A DNA stretch of 64,000 nt, from NCBI GenBank assembly GCA_965235115.1, contig OZ249437.1:15500001-15564000 (forward strand), read 5' to 3'. This DNA comes from Laetmonice hystrix. Its lineage: Eukaryota. Each line of letters starts with the position of its first letter. The first letter of the stretch is position 1. The notes under the pieces were generated by a model, which was given only the letters and a program-made list of their open reading frames with translations, was not told where the DNA came from and made no database searches. The position numbers and the translations under genes are program-made. Below are positions 1 to 10,600 of this stretch, in pieces.

Positions 1-94
1 CAAATACACCCATCCCCTCCAATGGCGGGGTCCGGGGCGGCTGGGAGGGGGGGGGGGCTGTAACCCCCATATTAAATTCCCAAATTAAAGTTAT

Positions 95-905
95 ATTCTC
101 TCTTCCTCTCCCTCTCTGTCTCTCGTCTCTCTCTCCCTTCTTTCTCTCTCCCCTCTCCCCCTCTCATCGCCCTCTCCCTCTCTCCCCACTGTCTCTCCAC
201 TGTCTCTCGTCGCTCCCTCCCTCCCNNNNNNNNNNNNNNNNNNNNNNNNNNNNNNNNNNNNNNNNNNNNNNNNNNNNNNNNNNNNNNNNNNNNNNNNNNN
301 NNNNNNNNNNNNNNNNNNNNNNNNNNNNNNNNNNNNNNNNNNNNNNNNNNNNNNNCTTTCTCCCACTCTCTCTACTCTCTCTTGTCGCTCTCTCTCTCTC
401 TCGTCACCCTCTCTCTCTCTCGTCGCTCCCTCCTCTCTCCCCCCTCTTTCTCTCCCTCTCCCCCTCTCGTCGCCCTCGCCCTCTCTCTCGTCGCTCTCTC
501 CCTCTCTGTCCCCTCTCTCTCGTCACTCTCTCCCTCCCTCTCCCTCTCTATCCCCTCTATCTCTCCTCTCTCTCGTTTCTCTCCCTCTCTTCCCTCTTTC
601 TCTCTCCCTTTTTGTCTCCCTGTCTCTCCCCTCTCTCTAGCTCTCTCCTCTCTCGTCGTTCTTTACCTTTTTCCCCTGCAGGCACGGATCCAGAGAGCAC
701 GTGCCCCCCTTCAGTTGGCTGGGCATTTTTTTTTATTACAAAACCGCGGCATTTAAATGTGACTATGTTGCATTATTTGGCTGCTTGAATAAATAATGTT
801 CTTTTGGTTCACATAACATTGCTGTTATTTCAAACATCCTGGATACGTGCCTGCCCTCTCTCTCTCGCCCCTCTCTTCCCCTCTCTCTCCTGTCTCCCTC
901 TCCCT
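95..905. repeat. CT-rich low-complexity/microsatellite tract spanning an assembly gap (N run 226-355)
   Basis: (CT)n/(CTC)n-like degenerate sequence on both sides of 130 Ns; a second CT block at about 855-905. Confidence 0.9.
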
Positions 906-1105
906 CAGTGTGTGCTATAAGCTTAGCGTAATGCAGACATCCTTGGTGACACAAACCAAGGAAGGAATATAGTAGAATACACACGTCTACTCACTTCTGA
1001 CAGAACTTTCTGGTGCTTAACGAAGAAAACATTGTTTTAATCTGTGGAAACTCTCAAGCTATAATGAGGTTTCAATATCTGCCTAGCGGACGTAGCAGAC
1101 ATTAC

Positions 1106-1435
1106 CCCAATAATCGATTACTCCTTAAAGAAACTATCCCTATTCCAGGCCCTGTCCCAATAATCAACTACTCCTAAAAGAAACTATCCCTATTCCAGGC
1201 CCTGTCCCAATAATCGATTACATGTACTCCTAAAAGAAACTATCCCTATTCCAGGCCCTGTCCCAATAATCGATTACTCCTAAAAGAAACTATCCCTATT
1301 CCAGGCCCTGACCCAATAATCGATTACTCCTCAAAGAAACTATCCCTATTCCTGGCCCTGACCCAATAATCGATTACTCCTTAAAGAAACTATCCCTATT
1401 CCAGGTCCTGCACCAATAATACTCCTTAAAGAATT
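1106..1435. repeat. 50-bp minisatellite, about 6.5 copies
   Basis: Unit cccaataatcgattactccttaaagaaactatccctattccaggccctgt starts at 1106, 1156, 1206 (with a catgta insertion), 1262, about 1312, about 1362. Confidence 0.9.
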
Positions 1436-1617
1436 CCTGGCTCTAATGTAAGACAAGATCAGTCTCCCAGATCTGAGAGAAGACCACTTCGATATATCCA
1501 CTCTAACATAAGATTAAAAATTCCACTGATATTTCCAAGGTATATCATCAAAACGAACCCGTTTTAACCGCCATATTCGCCATTGTTAGACGTACTTCCG
1601 CTGTTCTGGAAACTTAC

Positions 1618-4600
1618 CTTTTTCGTTCTGTATTTCCTTTTTAACTCCCTCATCATTCAGCTTCCAAAGCGTTCCCTTCACAGCATGTCGGACTTTATTA
1701 ACCTCACTGGTCTTGTGTATTTCAAGAGCGTCGACACATCCTGGCTCTTCTGATATCAACTTGGCGACCTTGGGGTCGAAGGCCAGCGTCCAAAGACACT
1801 GCGCAGCCGCGTAGTTCTCTTCCGGGTCACTGTAGTTCAACATGCGGACAAGCAATGGCAGGGCACCTTCGTCTACGATCTGGGATGATGAAAGAAAAAT
1901 ATGTTCAATACTAGAGATGTACCTGGTGGAATATGGACCGCACCAGAACCAGCATTATGTACCCGGTCCCCCTCATTCCTGACAATTAATAAAGGCTTTC
2001 CTCATGGACACTGAAGCAGCCTCGTCTTGAATGCCCAAAGTTGGAAGCGACCCCCCACCCCCACCAAAAAAAACACCAAAAAACTACCCCGAACAAAATG
2101 AACCTGAACAAAGATATGTACCGTTTACATGCAATGTAAGACCTAAAGTGTGAGTAAAAACAAGGATCGAGGTAAACTCGTTAAGGCAATGTACTTCGAC
2201 GATCCATAGGAGGAATGTAATGCCAAACGTAAAGATATCAAGGATATTATAAGGTAGCAAAAGACAAAAACTGAACCAGAGTGCCTGCACAGACAGGAAT
2301 TTTCATTTTTATGTCCGGAGATGATGAGAATGAAATGATACTGGAGAAACCTGTACACCGGACCAATGCCTTACCGGTACTCTTATCGAGAAGTGGCAAG
2401 GGTTCTTTTATGTGCAACACAGAGCATTCTGCACAATACGTACCTTCATTTTATTGTTGTCATTTGCTGCCATTCTAAACAGACATTCAACCAGTTCGGT
2501 GGGCGTAAACCCGCGGTGTCGACGATTCTTAGTGTTTAGTAACGCTTTCTTTATGCACACCACCATGAAGGGAATCACACCTGGATGATAATAAAAATAC
2601 AAGTTCTATATTTCAGACAACTTTTGAGGGGACCGAGTAAGGCCGAGTGACAGGAATATGTATGAATGGTTATAAAACAGGTTTACACTGACCCTTGTCC
2701 TCTAAGAGAGCATTGTCTTTCTCCTCTATTAGAGTAGTTAGTACCATCATCGACACTGCCTTGAAGAAATCGTTGGTCGAATCCGTAAACGGGGAGAGCG
2801 CCTGTAAGTACGATAACAAAGTTATTATGATGTCGCTGGCATTTTTACATAGAAACGGCCGATCTCTGTGACACTGAACCAATCACCCCTTGATTGCACT
2901 GTATACCTACCTCCACGGCGTTGTGCTCCAGGAAGATGGGCTTCAGCTCTGGTACTTTCGACATATTCTGTAGAATGCTAAGTGAAGACTTGATAACGTA
3001 TCCAACGTTCTGAATAAGTAAAACTCTCTGTAGTTTGAGCCATTTGGCACGTACTTTTCTCCAACAGAGTCTAAATCTTTCTGATTTTCAAATGGATTAA
3101 CGTCGTGAACAATACATCTACAAGATCTAGTAACATTCGAAAAGGTCATGCAGATTGAAAACCTGGAATGTGAAATGTAGTAATGCCACTGTGGCGATTT
3201 TGGGTTTGTGTGTGCATTTTTCCCTTAAGTTTATTGTAAGGCCTTACTCTAGTGTATGTGCCGGTGACCGTGGTGGCCTCCCTCCCACCGCCAGTGTCCA
3301 GACTGTGCGTGCGTGGGCGTGGCCAAGTGGGGAGCTGAGACGTCAATCTCAGGCCACTCCTGGGCGGATGCTTGCCCATTGGTCAGCCCCGCTGGCCGGG
3401 TGGAGAGGGCTGCCCCTCACTGGTCGCCGGCCTGGTAGGCTGCAGGGTCCCCCCTTTATAAGGGCCTGCACGCCCTGTATTCGGGGAGAGTGATCCACCC
3501 TCTCCGATGGGACGGCAGCCAGCACCACCACACGCCTGAGCAGCAGTAGAGCAGCAGTAGAGCAGCAGTCGGGGAAGCAGAATAAGCGCGCAGTTGGCGG
3601 CACTGGTCTACAAGAGATTCTTCAGTTTCCAGCAGCGGGAGTGCATTCGGCAACCTGGTCCGGCTGAGGCTGGCGACTGATAGGTCAATGCCGAGCCTCC
3701 CAACCCAGTGCTACCTTCTGCGCCGAAGACCTACCCTGCTGTTCCGCGGTGTGTGTTGCTAGCTGGCTCGCCTCCCAAAGGAGTGGCGCTCTCCCAAGAG
3801 ATGTACCCCCCCCCCCTCTGTCTAAACCCGCTATCTTAATTTGTAAATGACGTGCACATGAAACAGGTAAGCCGCCAACCACAACGGGTCAGGGACCGTG
3901 AAGTGACCAATATATTTCATTATCAACTATATGCTGTGTTATGTCTCGCCTCCCCTCTTTGCCCATATTTAACACCTTAGTCCATTTTCCCCCACTCCAG
4001 CCACACCGTCTCAATCCTTTCGAGGTAAATGAACACAACGAGAAGTAAAATATCCCCGGCCCTGTACTAAAACTAACACCCACAGTCAGGGTCGCTACAG
4101 AATTTCTGGTGCGCGTGACCAGGATTGGAGCTGTGTGCTGGCGTGAGTTCAAGAGCGGAGATGGACCGGGCAAAGGACAGGCTCAGGCGGCTGTCTGACT
4201 CTATCAGATCGCTGCCCTGCCTACTACGCAGACATGCATCCACCTCCAGTTTAGGCAGCCGACAACGAAGCGATGTCCGGGCAGCGTACTCCCGGGAGTC
4301 GGTTGCACTAAGTGTGCATAGTGACTCCCAAGCTGAGTACGTTGATGCACTCTGTGTGCATAGTTGTGACTCCCCAGAGGAGTACGTGGTCACCGACTAC
4401 GTGCTCCCAACGCCAGACCAGTCCCCCAGCAGTCCACATCGAAGGAACGCCCAGTCCCCCAGCAGTCCACATCGAAGGAACGCCCAGTCCCCCAGCAGTC
4501 CACATCGAAGGGACCCCGACAGCCCCATCAGACTGGCCAGCCCGCCAAGGACAGAGCCCCATTGTGTGAGGACACCCTCCCACCCATCGGTAGATCGCCC

Positions 4601-7600
4601 CCGCCGGTCGGCTGGCCGGCCCCGTCCCACCCCCCCGCCCAAGCCAGTGGGTGGGCAGCCCACAGCAGGGTGGACACCATCAACAGGAGGTCTACCCACA
4701 GCGGGAGGCTCTCACACCGAGAGAAGTTTATGATGACCCCCGTCCCCACAGGGAGCCCCACCGTGGTCACCCCCGTTCCCATATGGCCACACCATATTCC
4801 CATATTAACCCCCACCCCCACAGAAAAGACTATGATCTATACAGCCCTGATGTGCCTCTACGCACCCGCCCCCAATGGCCAAGTCAACGGCCAAGCCACT
4901 CAGATAGTTCGGCTGATGAGGGTGATGGTGGCCACTACCCCAGATTCAGCGTGCGCCGAGGCGGGAGAGACAGTGAGATGGAGAGATGGCACAGAGACCC
5001 CCGCCCAGTCACCCCCAAACTAATTAGAAGGGACCCATTAAACTTAGACAAGTTCGATGGGAAGGCCCGGGAATGGGAGGATTATGAGGAACACTTCGAC
5101 CAGGTGGCTGGTTGGAATGGCTGGACAGATGCCGAGGCTGCCGTGCAGCTGGCGGCTGCTCTGCGACCTCCGGCCAGCGCAGTAATGCGGGACCTCCAGC
5201 CATCCCAGAAACGCCACCTTGGGTCACTGAAACAAATGTTAAATAGTAGGTTCGCTCCTGAAGGCAGACAAGTTGCTTTCAGGACGGACTACTATAACCG
5301 TTGCCAGATAAAGGGTGAAGCTGTAGACGAGTTTGGGCGGGCCCTCAAAGACCTATACAGAAAGGCTTTCCCAGCTACATATGGTAGAGATGAGTATGAA
5401 TTGGTCGAACGGTACTGCCAGGGTTTGTGGAGTGAGGAGGTGCAGCAGGACGTCAGAAAGGCTCGATGTCGCACGCTGGAGGAGGCCGTGACCGTGGCTA
5501 TTGAGAACCAGTCAATAGCCAAGGCTATTAAGAGTAGGAGGGGAAGGCTGGCAGCAGTACAGCCTGTCGGGAACTCTATGCCTCCTCGCGTGCCGGCTGA
5601 CGGCCAGCTGACGGCCCCTGCACCCCTCAGTCCCAACCAGCTGCAGGAATTGATAGTAAAAGCGGTGCGAGCAGAACTGACTAACAGATCCCGTACGGGG
5701 AGGGAAGAAAGTGTATGTTTCTACTGTCAAAAGAAGGGGCATTTCCAAGCCGATTGTAGGCTGAGGCAGGAAGACATGAGGCGAAGAAATCCAGTTTGGC
5801 AGAGAACGAACCGAAGAGAGGGGGGAAATGATGCAAGGCAGGACCAACCGGGTCCACCGGGCACAGAGCAGTCGGGAAACTAAGGCAGGCTGGCTTGACG
5901 ACCAACAAGCCAGCTAGTGTATCTGAGCAACATAGGTCAAATAAAATCGAGTTGATCTGGGGACTGGAAAAGGGAAGCTGTAGGTATGTTGTGGTATATA
6001 TTTGTGGTGTCACAGTTGAGATGCTCGTTGACACAGGTTCATCTGTAACGCTTATTGACAGAGCAGTTTTTGAGAAAGTAGGTAGTTTGGCAGAGATAGT
6101 TCATAGCGGTTCTACACTACAGGCAGTTAATGGGGATCGTCTGGACGTGTATGGAAAAACGAGTATGATATTCGGCATACAGGGCAGAGAGTATGAACAG
6201 GAAACGGTGGTGGCTGATATAACTGGTCTTCAGGGTGTCTTGGGTTTGGATTTTCTGATAAAACAAAATGGTGTGATCGATTTGAGTAAGGAAATCATCA
6301 GGCTGAATGGCGAGGCAGTGTTCATGCGTCCTGGGGATGTGAGATCGTGTGCACACGTGTGCGCGAGTGAGGATGTTGTCATTGAGCCAGGACAGGAGGC
6401 CATTCTCTGGGCCAGTGCAGAAAAGGGGGCAGCGATGTTCCCAAAACAAATAGGGATGGTGGAGCCCAGGAGTCAGGTCGGACTAGGCGAGCTGGTAATC
6501 GGCAGAGCCTTAATTGACACCTCGGCGGCGGAGTTCCCCCTGCCCGTGCTGAACGTGGGAGGGGAGGATATTTGCATAAAGGCTGGTCGCCACCTTGCGG
6601 TCGTCGTCCCCGCTGAGCTGCTGGCCGCTGACTCACTTTCAGACACCCATGCCACCTGCTGTGGGGAGGTGGACATCGCGGCTGGCGTCCTTGAGGAGGA
6701 CCCCCCGCGGCCGGGGTGGACCCTGCCTCCCCATCTCCAGCCGATACTTGATAACCTCCCCAGTGACGTCACATCAGATCAAAGGCGGGAGGTGGCAAAG
6801 ATTTTGTTTGAGTTTAGAGATGTGTTTATGGGGCCTGATGGAAAGCTTGGGCAGACGGACTTGGTGGAACACACTATTGACACGGGCGATGCTAGGCCCA
6901 TAAAACAGCCCCCCAGGAGGGTCCCCATTGCGATGAGGGAAGTTGTAGATGGTGAAATTAACAAGATGCTCGACGAGGGGATAATCAGACCAAGCAACAG
7001 CCCTTGGTCGTCACCTGTGGTGCTAGTCCGTAAGAAAAATGGTGGGGTCCGTTTTTGCGTTGATTACCGTCAGCTGAATGACAAGACAAGGAAGGATAGT
7101 TACCCCCTCCCTAATATTGCGGAAACGTTAGATACACTAGGGGGCGCCACCTGGTATAATTTGTTGGATATGGCGGCTGGATTCTGGCAGTGTCCTATGT
7201 CTGAATCTGACCGGCCTAAGACAGCATTCGCCACACACAGAGGTTTATATGAGTTCAATGTAATGCCATTTGGGTTGGCGAACGCGCCGGCAACTTTTCA
7301 GCGCCTGGTGGAGCTGATGCTGCACGGGGTCCACTGGAAAAGATGCCAGTCGTTTCTGGACGATCTCCTGGTCCCTGGAAACTCATTTGCGGCCACCAAG
7401 AGTAATCTGAAACTTGTACTAACCCGGCTCCGCCAGGCCGACCTCAAGCTTCGGCCAGACAAGTGCCTATTGTTTCAACGGAGCGTTAAGTACCTAGGAC
7501 ATATCGTGTCGGCAGATGGGGTACGCTGTGATCCAGACAAGGTTTCAGCTGTAAAGGATTGGTCAACCCCTCGTTCCGTTTCAGACGTGCGAAGTTTTCT

Positions 7601-10600
7601 CGGCCTCGCCTCCTATTACAGGAAATTCATCCCCAACTTCGCGTCGGTGGCAGCCCCACTTCATAGACTGACAGAAAAAGGGTGTAAATTCCATTGGGAC
7701 CAGTCATGTCAAACCGCGTTCCAACAATTAAAGGATCTCCTCACCAATTCCCCAGTACTCTCCTACCCCACGCCCTCCGATCCGTTTATCTTGGATGTTG
7801 ACGCCAGTGGTTTCGCGATTGGGGCAGTTTTGTCGCAGCGACAGGGGGAATCAGAACGAGTAATTTGCTACGACAGTAAATCGTTAAGCAAGACACAGAG
7901 GGCCTATTGCACAACATATAGAGAACTGCTGGCTGTGGTAAAGTTCATTAAAACGTTCAGGCATTTTCTGTGGGGGCGCAAGTTCACTGTTCGCACGGAT
8001 CACGCATCTCTGCGGTGGCTCAGAAACTTTAAGGAGCCAGAGGGGATGCTGGCAAGATGGTTATCTGTATTGGGAACCTACGACTTTACCATTGAGCATA
8101 GACCAGGGCTACGGCATGGGAATGCAGACGCTCTAAGCAGGGGGCCTGGGGGGAGGAGGGCCAAGCCCTGCCTTCGTGTTGGTTGTCCACAGTGCTCCAC
8201 CCCCGCGGTGGACACCCCTCCATGCAGTCACATGGTGGCGGCCACCACCAGAGCCCAGGCCAGGCGGCGAGATCAAAGGGCGCCAGTTGACCATGGACGC
8301 GAGTCAGAGGGAGGTGAGTCCAGCGGCAATGAAGATGAGGGAGATGAGGCCAGTAGCAATAAAGATGAGGGAGATGAGGCCGGTAGCAATAAAGATGAGG
8401 GAGATGAGGCCAGTGGCAATGAAGACGATGTGGTCGAGGGCCGACCGGATCATGCCAGTGGTGGGAGCAATGAGGTGGACAATGGCGGCGCTGTTCCCGC
8501 CCCACCCTCCCCTGAACCTGAGTGGCTGGGCCACGGTAATTGGTTACAGGGACTGAGCGGAGAGGACATTAAAACTAGCCAGGCAGCAGACAAGAGTATA
8601 TCACAAATACTCAAATGGATGGACGAAGGGAAACCCCCCTATCAAGTTGTAAAGCCATGGGGTCAAGAGGTCAAGGATATGTGGTCACAGTGGGAGAGGC
8701 TGAAATTAATCAATGATATCTTGTACCGGTTGGCACCCTTGGGTGGCACTGGGTATGCACAACTAGTGGTCCCCACGAACATGAGGCCAATGGTTATGAA
8801 ACAACTACATAACAACAAGACTGGTGGCCATCTGGGTATAAATAAGTCCCTCGCCAGCATAAAGCAAAGGTTTTATTGGGGAGGTTACAAAAATGATGTC
8901 ATCAGTTGGTGTGCCAAGTGCGAAGTATGCTGCCGAACAAAAGATGGTCCCCCCCAGGGGGCGCGCCCCCCTCAAACAAGATTTTGCAGGTTACCCTATG
9001 GAGAGAGTTTCTATTGACATCCTGGGGGAACTCCCCAAAACAGCCAACGGCAATAAGGTTATCCTTGTAGCTACGTGTCATTTTAGCAAGTGGACGGAGG
9101 CATATGCCTTACCAGACCAAACCGCACAAAGTGTCGCTGATGCACTCGTTACAAATTTCTTTTGTCGTTTTGGAATGCCCCGTATCCTTCACTCGGACCA
9201 GGGAAGGGATTTTGAATCCAAGTTGTTTCAACAAATGTGTTCCCTTCTAGGAATAGAGAAAACCCGGACATCATCTTACCATCCCCAGGGCAACCCACAG
9301 GTTGAAAGATTCAACCGAACTCTTCAGGGGATGTTAAAGGCCTATGTGAATGAAAATAGGGACGACTGGGATGACTTGCTGCCATTCGTCATGCTGGCTT
9401 ACAGAGCCACTGCTCACGAGAGCACCCGTCTCTCCCCCAACAAACTGATGCTAGGTAGGGAGGTGGCCGTCCCCCTCGACGTGGTGATGGGCCGACCAAG
9501 GGAGGACACCCCCGCCTGCCCCACAATGTACACCGAGTGGCTCCGTCAGTCTCTGGAGACAGCCCATCAGGTGGCTCGGGAGGAACTGGGCAAGGCGTCT
9601 CTCAGGCAGCGGCGGGGCTATGATAAGCTCGTTAGAGAACGACAGATGAAAGTTGGGCAATTTGTGTGGTATTGGTACCCCCCACGAGCAAAGGTCAAGC
9701 TTGGTACCGGATGGACGGGCCCCTACTTAGTGGTCAAACAGATTTCCCAATTAAACCTAGAAATACAGCTTAAGCCAGGTGGCAAAACAAAAATCGTACA
9801 CATCGACTCGTTGAAGGTCTGTTGTCAGAATGACCTCCCTGACCCCTGGGTGCCAGTAGAACCGGGACCCGCCCCCGACACCGCCGCACCAGACGATACA
9901 CTACACCACGGTGACAGCGAAACCACAACTGAAAGCTCTGAAAATGACGATTAAAGTATAAAGGATAGACCGCCAAGTAACGGTTGAACAGGAGGGATGA
10001 TAACTGCGAGAGATAAAAGAAAGGGAAGGAGTAGTGTTGTTAACTAGGGTATTCACACATGTACGCCCGGGTTGTTGAGATAGTTGAAGAGATTAGTGAG
10101 CAGTCGAGAGTCTGCCTGATGTGTGTGTCAGTCTCAAAGTATAGACTTTTGTTGTCTCGTCTGCAATAGGTTCGGTGCATTTTTTTTTATTTATTCAGTG
10201 TCGTACGTTCCATGAGAAGCGCCAGTGGTAGCCACGGATGCAGCATTGAGTTGCGGCTAGACTTAGGGTTTTATCTTTTCTTGGTATCGGGACAAGCTGC
10301 CAGGTTGATCCTCTATCACTCATTATGGACAGCTGAGGAAGCAGCAGTGAGCTGTGGCTGTAGTTGATTTTGTCGCACGAGGGTGCAGTATTTTTTTTAT
10401 TGAGTGATAGGGAAGGCATCCGTTGAGGTTGGGACCTTTGAGGACTGACATACGGTTAAAAAACATCAGAGGAATATTTGGACTGAGTCAGTCTAAAGAG
10501 TGAAAATGTAGACACAGGTGTTTTGCCTACAAAAGTTGTTTCCTTCAGTTGGAGGTACATGTTGCAGGTGAATGTAACCTATAGATGGGTTTCATTGTGA

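Noticed and set aside
91-756. ORFs 91-366 and 382-756
   Set aside because: Translations of CT-rich low-complexity sequence and an N gap.
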